A stretch of 64,000 bases of DNA from Planctomycetota bacterium (GTDB lineage: Bacteria > Planctomycetota > UBA1135 > GCA-002686595), in contig DUBE01000027.1 in NCBI GenBank assembly GCA_012960475.1, forward strand, positions 42,599 to 106,598. Reading direction: 5' to 3'. The translations under genes were made by a program, and so were the position numbers. Shown in pieces: positions 18,355 to 27,603 of the stretch. A model generated the notes under the pieces. It made no database searches. It saw only the letters and a program-made list of their open reading frames with translations, and was not told the DNA's origin. How positions within the stretch are numbered: position 1 is the first letter of the stretch; each line of letters opens with the position of its first letter.

Positions 18355-19817
18355 GAGTTCTTCCTTCGGTATCGCTGTCTGAAGGAATGTCTCGCGGGGG
18401 CTGGCAGGCTTCGCTTCTTGGACCATGCGGCGAGTGGTGGGATCATGCGGCGCAGGGCGCGGCTGGGCAGAGACGACCCTGCGGCGAAGCGTAGGAAGGG
18501 GCGCGCCAGGGTCAGGGATCCATGCCAGAGTCCGGGGGTGCGGGCCATGCGGGCGAAGACCTTCATGGCCAGTCGTTCGAAGGGAGCGTGCATGGGCAGT
18601 TTGCGCGTGACCTCGTTGCGTTGGTGCAGAAGGATACGAGGGATATCGATCTTGACCGGGCACACATCACGGCAGGCGCCGCAAAGGCTTGAGGCCCCGG
18701 GCAGGGGCACTGCCTCCTTGCTTCCTGCGAGTTGTGGCGTGAGGATCGCGCCGATGGGGCCCGGGTAGACCGAACCGTAGGCGTGGCCGCCCACTTGGGC
18801 ATAGACGGGGCACGCATTGAGGCACGCACCGCAGCGGATGCAGGCTAGAGTCTCACGTGTTACATCGTTATCGAGGATCTTGCTGCGGCCGTTGTCGAGG
18901 ATTAGCACATGAACTTCTTCGGGGCCCTCATCCTCTGGGTTGCGCTTGGGTCCGGTGAAGATCGATTGGTAACTGGTCAGGTGTTGCCCCGTGCCGGAGC
19001 GAGGCAGGAGGCGCAGGAAAGTTTCCAGATCCTCCCAGCGAGGCAGGAGTTTCTCAATGCCCATGATCGCCACATGCACTCGGGGTAAGCTAGTGGTCAG
19101 GCGCGCGTTGCCTTCGTTTTCGAGCACCAGAAATGAACCTGTCTCGGCGATGGCGAAGTTGATGCCACTGACCCCGAGCTCTGCTTCCAGATAGCTGCCC
19201 CGTAGGATTTCCCGAGCCAGTTGGGTCAAGCGGATCGCATCCAGATCGGGCTCCGCGCCCAGGCGCTCTTCGAAGAGCTTGGCCACGCTCTCCCGGGACT
19301 TGTGGATCGCTGGCACGATTATGTGCGATGGGGTCTCGTTGGCGAGTTGGATGATCCATTCCCCCAGATCGGTTTCCACCGGATGCAGGCCCCGCTCTTC
19401 CAGGGCCGCGTTCAAACCGATTTCCTCGGTCGTCATGCTCTTGCTCTTGACCACGGTCTTGACATCGAGTCGCTCTGCCAGATCTGCGATCCAGGTGCAG
19501 GCTTCTTCGCGCGTTGCCGCGAAGTGAACCTGGGTGCCACGCGCTGTTGCTTGATCCACAAAACGTACGAGGTGATGGTCCAGGCGGCTGAGTGTCTCGT
19601 CCTTGATGGCGCGTCCGTGGGTTCGCAGGGCTTCCCAGTCGGCGACTTCTTCCAGAGCTCCCAGCCGCCGTTGCTTGAAGGTGGCGGTGGCCTTGGCAAG
19701 GGCTCGTCGCAGGGGCGCGTCTTGCAGGGCAGCCTGGGAGGCGCTCTTGAAGTCGTTCGCCTTGAGGTGGGCGATGGGAGCGTTGTGCTGAATTGCTTTG
19801 TTATTGGGCACGCTCAT
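18351..19817 (-). CDS. lutB: lactate utilization protein B (iron-sulfur cluster-binding, LUD domain)
   Basis: Two ferredoxin-type motifs are present (CIRCGACLNACPVY, CGACRDVCPVKIDI). A LUD block is also visible (GINFAIAETGSFLVLENEGNARL). Confidence 0.9.
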   Translation of the reverse strand: MSVPNNKAIQHNAPIAHLKANDFKSASQAALQDAPLRRALAKATATFKQRRLGALEEVADWEALRTHGRAIKDETLSRLDHHLVRFVDQATARGTQVHFAATREEACTWIADLAERLDVKTVVKSKSMTTEEIGLNAALEERGLHPVETDLGEWIIQLANETPSHIIVPAIHKSRESVAKLFEERLGAEPDLDAIRLTQLAREILRGSYLEAELGVSGINFAIAETGSFLVLENEGNARLTTSLPRVHVAIMGIEKLLPRWEDLETFLRLLPRSGTGQHLTSYQSIFTGPKRNPEDEGPEEVHVLILDNGRSKILDNDVTRETLACIRCGACLNACPVYAQVGGHAYGSVYPGPIGAILTPQLAGSKEAVPLPGASSLCGACRDVCPVKIDIPRILLHQRNEVTRKLPMHAPFERLAMKVFARMARTPGLWHGSLTLARPFLRFAAGSSLPSRALRRMIPPLAAWSKKRSLPAPARHSFRQRYRRKNS

Positions 19818-20527
19818 GCAGTCAGGATCTCCGCCAGATGCAGGGCGCGGATCTTGGAGCCGCGGTTGGCAAGTCGGCTACCCAGTTGCATCAGGCACGA
19901 CGCATCGGTGGACACGATTCCATCCACCCCGAGGGTCTCGATCTCGTCCAGCTTGCGATCGGTTATGGCTACAGAAAGGTCTGGCAGCTTGATTGCGAAT
20001 GTGCCTCCGAATCCGCAGCAGGTTTCGCACTCGGAAGCCTCAATCAGTTTCACGCCAGGGACTTGAGCCAGCAATTGCCGTGGTTGGTCCTTGACGCCAA
20101 GGTCGCGCAGGGTGTGGCAGGCATCGTGCCAGGTGAGGCTTCCCTCGAAACCTACATGGCTCGCGTCGTAGTGCAGGTGATCCACCAGGAACTCCGAGAG
20201 TTCATGTATCCGGGGCGCAAGGGCCAAGGCTCGCTCGTGATCGGGATCATCAGCGGAAAACAACTGGTCATAGTGTTTCAACTGGGCCGCGCAGGAACCG
20301 GATGGAACCACGATAGGGTCGTCGCCTTCAAGCACATCGAGAGTGTGCCGCGCAACCTGCCGCGCTTCGTCCTCATAACCAGCATTGCAGGCCGGTTGGC
20401 CGCAGCAGGTCTGGCGCGGGTTGAAATCCACGGTGCAGCCAGTCTGTTCGAGCAGTGCAAGTGTTGCTTCGCCCACGGTCGGACACAGTTGATCGATCAC
20501 GCATGTGACGAAGAGGGAGAGGCGCAT
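19814..20527 (-). CDS. lutA: lactate utilization protein A ((Fe-S)-binding, two CCG cysteine-rich domains)
   Basis: Two CCG motifs are present (QTCCGQPACNAGY and ETCCGFGGTFAIK). The stop forms an ATGA overlap with the lutB start. Confidence 0.9.
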   Translation of the reverse strand: MRLSLFVTCVIDQLCPTVGEATLALLEQTGCTVDFNPRQTCCGQPACNAGYEDEARQVARHTLDVLEGDDPIVVPSGSCAAQLKHYDQLFSADDPDHERALALAPRIHELSEFLVDHLHYDASHVGFEGSLTWHDACHTLRDLGVKDQPRQLLAQVPGVKLIEASECETCCGFGGTFAIKLPDLSVAITDRKLDEIETLGVDGIVSTDASCLMQLGSRLANRGSKIRALHLAEILTA

Positions 20528-20530
20528 GAA

Positions 20531-21691
20531 TTAGACCTGGAACTCGACGATGCCTTTGACATAACTCGCATCCTTGTGATCATCTCCGAGAGCTTGCGGG
20601 ACCTGTTCGAGTCCTGCGTAGCGATGGGTGATGAGGGGCTCTACTTGCACCTCTCCGGACTCGATCCACTCAAGGGCCTGGCGGTAGTAGGTGGCGCGGC
20701 CATCTTCGTCAAAGGGACTGGAGGCACCTACGGGCATGAGAAAAGTGGGCTCCTTCCAATGGAAGTCGTTGAGCAACTCAAGGCCTTCGCCCTGGTGGCC
20801 GATGCCGTACTTGATCACCGTGGCCTGTTTGCGCAAGAGCCGGGGCATGCTGGCGAAGGCTGAGCCAACGCCAGAAGCCTCAAAAGCCCACTCCAACATT
20901 CGGCCGCCTGATTTTTCCTGGACCCAGTCCTCGATACCAGGCTCATTCGCGTCCCAGACCTCGGCGCCGAAGGATGCGACCAAAGCGCGTTTGTAAGGGT
21001 TTGGCTCGCTGACCAGCAGCGTACCCTCGAAGCCCAGGGCGCCGCGCAGTACCTGGGTCATGAGCAAGCCAGCGGGACCCGCGCCCATGATCAGGATTGT
21101 GTGCACACGGCTGGCCGCGTCTTTGCTCTTGAGGGTGTAGCGCTGGCGGGCTTCGTTCAGCATGCCGGTCGTGTGCAGCATGCATGCCAAGGGTTCGGTC
21201 AGGGCGCATTCTGATGGGCTGCGCACGCCGTTGGTCCCCAAGGCATTGATGGCGGGCACGATCAGCTCTTCGGAGAAACCTCCTGCCAAACCGGTGATGC
21301 CGTATTCCGTGTAAGTCTCGCACTGGTGGCTGGCTCCGCTTGAGCAGTATTCGCAAAGGTTCGTGCGGTAGTGGCTGATACAGGATAGGCCCTGGTCCAG
21401 AACCACAGATTGACCTACTTGGATGTCGTGGACTGCAGAACCGATTTCGACAACCTTGCCCACGATCTCATGGCCCAGGATCTGAGCTTCTTGGGACAAG
21501 GGAATTGGTTCGCCGCTCGGGGTCAGGTTGTAGTTTCCTGCGCCGTCCGCGATGTGAAAGTCTGTGCCGCAGACGCCGACCGCCTGGGGAGTCACGCGCA
21601 GATCCTTGGGTCCCATGGGGGGCAAGGGGATCTCGATTACTTTGAACGAGTGGGGGGCCACCAGGGCACAGGCGCGGGTCGTATTGCTCAT
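20531..21691 (-). CDS. zinc-dependent MDR-family alcohol/polyol dehydrogenase
   Basis: Catalytic Zn ligands (GVCGTDFH, LGHEIVG) and a structural Zn Cys cluster (CISHYRTNLCEYCSSGASHQC) are present. The Rossmann motif is IMGAGPAGLL. The start was chosen at ATG 21691 (MSNTTRACALV), because the ORF-track extension overlaps the uxaA-like gene. Confidence 0.85.
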   Translation of the reverse strand: MSNTTRACALVAPHSFKVIEIPLPPMGPKDLRVTPQAVGVCGTDFHIADGAGNYNLTPSGEPIPLSQEAQILGHEIVGKVVEIGSAVHDIQVGQSVVLDQGLSCISHYRTNLCEYCSSGASHQCETYTEYGITGLAGGFSEELIVPAINALGTNGVRSPSECALTEPLACMLHTTGMLNEARQRYTLKSKDAASRVHTILIMGAGPAGLLMTQVLRGALGFEGTLLVSEPNPYKRALVASFGAEVWDANEPGIEDWVQEKSGGRMLEWAFEASGVGSAFASMPRLLRKQATVIKYGIGHQGEGLELLNDFHWKEPTFLMPVGASSPFDEDGRATYYRQALEWIESGEVQVEPLITHRYAGLEQVPQALGDDHKDASYVKGIVEFQV

Positions 21692-21704
21692 CGAATTTGT
21701 TCTG

Positions 21705-23411
21705 TTAGAGGCTGACCGCTGCGCCGCCCCAAAAACCAAACTCGCGGTGCCCGTTTTCTTCAGCGCGGGCGAGGACCTCGCCTGATGCGGTCTGGCGTAG
21801 ATGTTCCAGAATTCGCAGACCCACTTCGGGTGCGGTTTCGGTGCCATCGATGATGCCTCCGGCGGAGAGATCCAGGTCCTCGCCCATTTTTTCGAACACC
21901 GGCGTGTTGGATGCCAGCTTGAGCACCGGGGCAATCGCGTTGCCGATGGTGGTTCCGCGGCCCGTAGTAAAAATGACGGCTTGTGCACCAGCGGCCACCA
22001 GACCCGGGGTGCTCTCTTGATCATAGCCCGGCCCCTGCATCAACCAAAGACCCTTGCTTGTGGGTGGAATTGCATAGTCCGTGACTCCTTCCACGCGGGT
22101 ACTGCCACTCTTGGCCATTGCACCTAGAGCTTTGATCGTGATGTTGAGCAGTCCGCCCGCGATGTTCCCGGGGCTTGGGTTTTCGTCCAGACGCGCGCCC
22201 ACGCTGGCGGCATGTTCGCGATACCAATCTACTGCGTTGTGAATCTCCGTAGCCACGCTGGCGTTCTTGGCGCGGGCAGCAAAGAGGTGTTCGGCGCCGC
22301 AGAACTCGGGTACTTCCGTTATCAGCACTGTGCCACCGGCCCGGATCAAGAGGTCCACGGCCTCGCCCAGGGCTGGATTGGCAGAGAGGCCGCTGAATCC
22401 GTCGGATCCCCCGCACTTGACCCCGAGGGTGAGTTCGCCCAGAGGCACTGCCTCGCGAGTAGCGCCCTTGATTGAGTCGAGTAGGACTTCGACTTCTTTC
22501 AGGCCCCGCTCAACCGCAGTTCGCGTGCCACCCACATCTTGGATCGAGAAGCTCGCGCTGGGTTTGTTCCAACCAAGGCCACCGTGACCCTTGAGATAGG
22601 TCTTAAATGCGCTAAGGCCCGTTTTTTCACAGCCTAGACCAATGAACAGGACCGCGCCCACATTGGGATGTGCGGCGTAGTTGCGCAACACACGCAGCAG
22701 GTATTCCGTGGGATCTCCATCGTTGTTGCCGCAACCCCGTCCATGGGGCAGAGCGATCACTCCGTCTATGCCCGGGTGGCGTTCGCGATCCAGCAGGGTG
22801 TATTCCGCGCGGGTTGCAATCTCGCGTGCTTCGTGACTGGCGCACATGCTGGTTGGGACCACTAGTACGAAGTTGCGCAGGCCTACGGTACCGTTGGGGC
22901 GTCTGAAACCCTGGAATGTGCCAGCCTCTTGGGGTGAAAGGGGGGTGGGGGCGGGGTTCGAGAGGTCGCTTGGAATTGCGCGCACCAGCGGAACCTCATG
23001 ACGCAGGTTCTTTCGCGTCAAGCATTCCCCTTCGGCGATTCCGGTGCTGGTTCCTATGGGCGATCCGTATTGCAGGACACTGGTGTCGGTGGGTAGTTCG
23101 TGTAGGGCAAAGCGATGTCCTGGTGGGACGGCGACAGTCAGCTGGATCGTGCGATCGTCGGAGAGTTTGATCTGCTGGCCCGCCTCGAGGTCTCGCCGTG
23201 CCACTGCTACATGGTCGTTTCCATGCACTTGGATCGCGCATGCCTCAAGGGGTAGGGGTAGATCGGTTTGCGAGTGCTTCAAGGGGGAATCGGGGGGTGG
23301 CTTGTGCACCCTAACAGATGTCGCCTTGGGGCGGGGCGCTGGGGGGTCCCAGGCATGTCGCTGCACCTGTTGGATTTTCGCAGAGGGAACTGCAATAAGG
23401 GCAATTCGCAT
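21705..23411 (-). CDS. UxaA-family sugar-acid dehydratase (altronate/galactarate dehydratase-like, N-terminal SAF domain)
   Basis: The SAF-type N-terminus (IQVHGNDHVAVARRDLEAGQQI) and UxaA blocks (FIGLGCEK, GVKCGGSDGFSG, TTGRGT) are visible. The true start is probably internal, at GTG 23309 or TTG 23282. The first roughly 35-45 residues of the maximal ORF are Pro-rich and do not look like protein. Confidence 0.8.
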   Translation of the reverse strand: MRIALIAVPSAKIQQVQRHAWDPPAPRPKATSVRVHKPPPDSPLKHSQTDLPLPLEACAIQVHGNDHVAVARRDLEAGQQIKLSDDRTIQLTVAVPPGHRFALHELPTDTSVLQYGSPIGTSTGIAEGECLTRKNLRHEVPLVRAIPSDLSNPAPTPLSPQEAGTFQGFRRPNGTVGLRNFVLVVPTSMCASHEAREIATRAEYTLLDRERHPGIDGVIALPHGRGCGNNDGDPTEYLLRVLRNYAAHPNVGAVLFIGLGCEKTGLSAFKTYLKGHGGLGWNKPSASFSIQDVGGTRTAVERGLKEVEVLLDSIKGATREAVPLGELTLGVKCGGSDGFSGLSANPALGEAVDLLIRAGGTVLITEVPEFCGAEHLFAARAKNASVATEIHNAVDWYREHAASVGARLDENPSPGNIAGGLLNITIKALGAMAKSGSTRVEGVTDYAIPPTSKGLWLMQGPGYDQESTPGLVAAGAQAVIFTTGRGTTIGNAIAPVLKLASNTPVFEKMGEDLDLSAGGIIDGTETAPEVGLRILEHLRQTASGEVLARAEENGHREFGFWGGAAVSL

Positions 23412-23546
23412 GCGTACCAGGGGCTCGCAGGTGTTCTTAGGGTGGCAGCGGGCTGTATCCAGAGGGGGTGCCCTCCTTGCAGCTTATGATGCGCTTTCGC
23501 CGAGTCGGCATGATTCTGCCCCTTTTTTGACTTAGCAACAACAACC

Positions 23547-24044
23547 ATGGCCATTGACTTTCAAACCTCGGAATCTCCGGGATTCTTTGAGCAACTAATC
23601 GAACTCCTTCAACCGGAGACCCTCATGTCCTGGGAATTCTGGATCGTGGCCAGCGCGATCCTGGTTGTGGCAGAGTTCCTCACCGCAGGCTTCCTGCTGG
23701 GGGCGTTCGTTCCCGGTACGCTGTTGTCTGCGGTTCTTGCCGCATTTGGGGTGGGGATGGATGGGCAATTGTGGGGCTTCATTCTAGGCACCATGGTTGG
23801 CTTGATCGTCTTGCGCCCAATCGTTGTTCGTCGTTCCAAACTGGGAGGCGTGCCGTCCAACGTGGAGGCTCTCAAAGGCCAGTCTGCGATCGTGACCGAG
23901 GCAATCAGTCCGCCATCCCTCGGTAGGATCAAGGTTCGCGGGGAGGAGTGGCGGGCTTCCGCAGAAGAGGGCTTTGAAACAGGCGCAGAGGTCAGAATCG
24001 TGACCATTGACGGCAACACGGTTCACGTACAAGCCCAGAACTGA
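23547..24044 (+). CDS. NfeD-family membrane protein
   Basis: N-terminal TM helices are followed by a C-terminal OB-fold block (GRIKVRGEEWRASAEE...EVRIVTIDGNTVHV). It lies directly upstream of an SPFH gene, which is the canonical pairing. Confidence 0.85.
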   Translation: MAIDFQTSESPGFFEQLIELLQPETLMSWEFWIVASAILVVAEFLTAGFLLGAFVPGTLLSAVLAAFGVGMDGQLWGFILGTMVGLIVLRPIVVRRSKLGGVPSNVEALKGQSAIVTEAISPPSLGRIKVRGEEWRASAEEGFETGAEVRIVTIDGNTVHVQAQN

Positions 24045-24122
24045 CCCCAATCAACTCACTTAGCGGTCGTCCCACCCGGCGCGGCCATAGTTTCTACCCC
24101 AACGAGCTTACCGGAGAATCCC

Positions 24123-25073
24123 ATGGAACCTGTTGTCATTGCATTTGTCGTTGTCGTCCTTGTCGGAGCCGCGCTTGGCCTCAAGATCGTCAATCAGTCC
24201 CAGGCCATGGTCATCGAGCGCTTGGGTAAGTTCCGGCGGATTCTGGAGCCTGGCTTGAATTTGATCTTTCCTCTGATCGACAGGCCCCGCCCCATCCTGT
24301 GGCGCACCCGGATCACCAACTTGAAGGGCATTGATATGGTGCGCGAGCAGCATTCACGCACTGTGGACATGCGCGAGCAGGTTTTTGATTTTCCCAAGCA
24401 GTCGGTGATCACCGCGGACAATGTGGTAATCGAGATCAACGGGCTCTTGTACTATCAGGTCACCGACCCCCGGCGCGCGGTCTACGAGATCAACAACCTG
24501 CCCAATGCCATTGAGAAACTGGCACAGACCACTCTCCGGAACATCATCGGTGAGTTGGCCCTCGACGCGACTTTGACATCACGGGATGAAATCAACGGCA
24601 AGATGCGCACGGTTCTCGATGACGCAACCGACAAATGGGGTGTCAAGGTCAATCGCGTCGAGGTGCAGGATATCGATCCCCCGACCACAGTGCGTGAAGC
24701 CATGGAAATGCAGATGCGCGCCGAGCGCGAGCGCCGCGCTACGATCCTCGAAGCTGAAGGTATCAAGGAGTCAAAGATCTTGAAGGCTGAGGGGGAAAGG
24801 GGCGCACTGATTGCAGAGGCCGAAGGTACTCGTCAGAGCCGCATTCTGATAGCCCAGGGGGAATCGGAGTCGATTGCCGTGGTGGCGAGTGCACTCGAGC
24901 GGGAGCAGATGAACCCCGCAGACTATCTGATTGCCATGAAGTATCTCTCTACTCTATCCGAGATTGGTGTGGGTAGCGGCGGTGACAAGACTGTCTTCCT
25001 GCCCTTCGAATCCAGCGCCGCTTTGGGCAGCCTTGGCGCCATGCGCGAGATGTTCAAGGGTGGCGGGGCGTAG
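24123..25073 (+). CDS. SPFH/Band 7 (stomatin-like) protein
   Basis: An N-terminal TM segment is followed by an SPFH core (VIERLGKFRRILEPGLNLIFPLID...ITADNVVIEINGLLYYQVTDP). A coiled-coil region follows (REAMEMQMRAERERRA). Confidence 0.9.
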   Translation: MEPVVIAFVVVVLVGAALGLKIVNQSQAMVIERLGKFRRILEPGLNLIFPLIDRPRPILWRTRITNLKGIDMVREQHSRTVDMREQVFDFPKQSVITADNVVIEINGLLYYQVTDPRRAVYEINNLPNAIEKLAQTTLRNIIGELALDATLTSRDEINGKMRTVLDDATDKWGVKVNRVEVQDIDPPTTVREAMEMQMRAERERRATILEAEGIKESKILKAEGERGALIAEAEGTRQSRILIAQGESESIAVVASALEREQMNPADYLIAMKYLSTLSEIGVGSGGDKTVFLPFESSAALGSLGAMREMFKGGGA

Positions 25074-25189
25074 GCAGGCGGCGAAGCCCTCAGTAGGGTA
25101 TCTGGCTTGTTCTCTTCACCTTTGCGAACGATTTCTCAGTCATTCAGGATCTTGGGATCGGTTGAGAGTTGGAGCATTGTGGTTCCGGT

Positions 25190-26689
25190 CTAGTTCTGCA
25201 GGATCAACACGATGTTGTCCGCGAAGCCCCCGTGGGTTCCACCGCGGCGTGGGGTTTCGACGGTCACCCTTACGCTGACAGCATCTGGAGGGACGAGCCC
25301 CAGGGCTTGAGCGTAGCGCATGCACGTGGCTCCTCTGCGCTGCCCCTTTGTGAGGGTTTGCAATTCGGCGGTCTCAAGGCGTTCCTCCCTGTCGTTGAGA
25401 AAGGTCAGATGCACGCGCAGGCTGTCTCCATCCGGGCCGCGGTTTCCAAGCAAGGCCGAGAGCTTGAAGTTGCAGCCTTGAATGAACGCATCCTTGATTG
25501 GAGTCAAATCGATGGTCTGTTCCATGCGTGCTCCGTTCTTGGTGTCGTTCGCGGCGAAAAACCCGCGGCCTACGGAGGCATTTGGATAATTGAACACGGG
25601 TAGGAAGCCCTCGGCACCGTAGGCGATCAGGGACATCCAGCCCGGATCTTCCCAACCGGCGATGGATGCGTCCGGTTGTCCGACGAAACCGTTGAAGGGG
25701 CGGTCTTCTTCGCCTCCGCCGTTGTAGATCAGGTTGATCCCAATGGCGGTGATCGGCTTCTTGGTTGCTGATGTGGCGAGCGTGCGGCCGTCGAGGCCCC
25801 AGGCAGGATCCGGTTTGATGCCGAGATGGGAAAGGACCGTGGGCACCAGATCCACAGCGCTGGGGGGCGGCCAGATTTCGCCGGGGACGAGGGTTCCTCC
25901 GCTGAGGATCATGGGCATTTCCCGGTGTTCGGGGATGTTGCGCCCGTGGCCTCCTCTCTGGGACCCGGCATGATCCGCCGTGATTGCGATCAGCCAGTCC
26001 TCAGAGGCATAACTGGGGCGGCTCTCGATGCTGGCGATCAAGCGGCCAAGGCGCGTGTCCACCATGTGCAGCATGCGTTGGTAGTCCGGATCTCCGGCGT
26101 GGTAGTGGCGGTTCCCGTCCAGATGCCCCACACCGTCAAGTTCACCGAACATCATGATGGTCAGGTCAAGGGGTTCGCGGCCCAGTAGGGGTTGCAGGTA
26201 GGTGACGCAGAGGTCATCGCAACTGCGTTCGTCGAAGTAGTCCTTGTTGAACTGGTAGTAGTCGTAGAAGCCGCTGTGACTTGGTTCGGCGGGGGCGACC
26301 AGAAATTTTTGGATGGGCTTCCAGGATTGGGCGCAGGCGGTGACCGCATCGGGTTGTTTCTGCTTCAGCAGCTTGAGGATCGATGGGTACTTGTCCGTCT
26401 TGGGTGTGGCAAAATTGTTGTCAGGGATGCCGTGCTTGTCCCAGTGCACGCCCGTGTGAAAGGTGCTCCAACCGGATCCGCTGATGGTCGTGCTTTCGGC
26501 TCTGGCCCGCAGGCTCCAGGCGCCTTTCTGCATCAGGCGGTCCAGGGTCGGTGTGTCCGTGCTGGCGATGGCCGCGGGAACGAAGCCGTCGATGAAGATC
26601 ATCAATGCGCGCGGGGTGCGTTGCTCTGGGTCTTGGGGCGGGGAGAGCGCACCCATGAAGATGAGAGCAGTGCAGGAGAGAATCAGCAT
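25190..26689 (-). CDS. secreted alkaline-phosphatase-superfamily phosphodiesterase (NPP/type I phosphodiesterase-like) with a C-terminal beta-sandwich domain
   Basis: NPP-type blocks are present: LMIFIDGF, TPTLDRL, STTISGSGWSTFHTGVHWDKHGIPDN and IAITADHAG. The start overlaps the upstream amidohydrolase stop by 7 nt. Confidence 0.7.
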   Translation of the reverse strand: MLILSCTALIFMGALSPPQDPEQRTPRALMIFIDGFVPAAIASTDTPTLDRLMQKGAWSLRARAESTTISGSGWSTFHTGVHWDKHGIPDNNFATPKTDKYPSILKLLKQKQPDAVTACAQSWKPIQKFLVAPAEPSHSGFYDYYQFNKDYFDERSCDDLCVTYLQPLLGREPLDLTIMMFGELDGVGHLDGNRHYHAGDPDYQRMLHMVDTRLGRLIASIESRPSYASEDWLIAITADHAGSQRGGHGRNIPEHREMPMILSGGTLVPGEIWPPPSAVDLVPTVLSHLGIKPDPAWGLDGRTLATSATKKPITAIGINLIYNGGGEEDRPFNGFVGQPDASIAGWEDPGWMSLIAYGAEGFLPVFNYPNASVGRGFFAANDTKNGARMEQTIDLTPIKDAFIQGCNFKLSALLGNRGPDGDSLRVHLTFLNDREERLETAELQTLTKGQRRGATCMRYAQALGLVPPDAVSVRVTVETPRRGGTHGGFADNIVLILQN

Positions 26690-27522
26690 GGGGCTTGGGT
26701 CAAATATATGCGTTCGGCGGTCCCGCCAAAGATCGCGGCTTGTTCGGAGGGGGAAAGGGTTTCAGCCCAGGTGGTCACGGCGTCCCGCACCTCTTGATAG
26801 GTGCCCGCAAGGGTACAAACGGGCCAGTCGGAGCCAAACATCAGGCGTTCTGGGCCGAAGGCTGCGAGAGCTTTGTCCAGGTAGGGGGTGAGGTCGCTCA
26901 GCGTCCAGGTCGCCCAGTCTGCCTCCGTCACAAGACCAGAAAGTTTGCAGGTCACATTGGTGCGCCGGGCGAGTTGCTCAAGGTCGTTGGACCAGGGTTC
27001 GAGCGTTCCCGCTTTTATGCAGGGCTTGCCCAGGTGGTCCAGAACGAACGACTGTTGCGGGGCGAGATCCACCAGCTCAAGAGCAGGAGCCAGATGACGC
27101 GGATACAAGAGCAGGTCATACACGAGGTTGTGTTGCGCGAGGCAAGCTATTCCCGCCTGGAACTCTGGCAGCAACATGAAGCGATCATCTGGTTCGTCTT
27201 GCAGTACATGGCGCAAGCCTACGAGCAGAGGATTCCTGGCCAGGTCGCTGAGGCGTTCTTCAATGTTCGGGGCGCAGAGGTCGGTCCAGCCAACCACGCC
27301 CAGCAACTGGGGTGAGGATTTTGCTAACTCCAGTAACCAACTCGTTTCAGCCTCGTCTTGCCGCGCTTGAACGCTGATTGCACCGTCAATGGCATAGGTC
27401 TTCAGCTCAGGCACGAGTTGCTCTGGAAGATAGTCCCTCGCCAATACCTCCATCCCCGGACCGATCCAGTCGTAAGCGACCGGGTCATAGGACCAAAAGT
27501 GCTGGTGGGCATCTATCCGCAT
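26683..27522 (-). CDS. amidohydrolase-2 family protein (sugar-lactonase-like, e.g. fuconolactonase type)
   Basis: The N-terminus MRIDAHQHFW carries the HxH metal motif. The C-terminal FGSDWPV block and the size of about 280 aa fit this family. Confidence 0.8.
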   Translation of the reverse strand: MRIDAHQHFWSYDPVAYDWIGPGMEVLARDYLPEQLVPELKTYAIDGAISVQARQDEAETSWLLELAKSSPQLLGVVGWTDLCAPNIEERLSDLARNPLLVGLRHVLQDEPDDRFMLLPEFQAGIACLAQHNLVYDLLLYPRHLAPALELVDLAPQQSFVLDHLGKPCIKAGTLEPWSNDLEQLARRTNVTCKLSGLVTEADWATWTLSDLTPYLDKALAAFGPERLMFGSDWPVCTLAGTYQEVRDAVTTWAETLSPSEQAAIFGGTAERIYLTQAPC

Positions 27523-27603
27523 GTGGAGACAGTAGCGGCTGCATGGGGAGCCCTCGGGCTATGATTTCGTTGGCCCGGGACCTCCTCCAGCCAGACAGCG
27601 ACC

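Noticed and set aside
17731-18768. 345-aa plus-strand ORF antisense to lutC and lutB
   Set aside because: It is a shadow ORF. The opposite strand carries LUD and ferredoxin motifs and ATGA-coupled junctions.
19793-20863. 356-aa plus-strand ORF spanning lutA and the 3' end of the dehydrogenase gene in antisense
   Set aside because: It crosses a gene boundary on the opposite strand and has no motifs. The opposite-strand genes carry unambiguous CCG and MDR signatures.
23547-25073. NfeD-SPFH pair as a candidate novel or defence system
   Set aside because: This is the canonical, widespread NfeD/stomatin operon. No nuclease, NTPase or other defence-type partner is adjacent.
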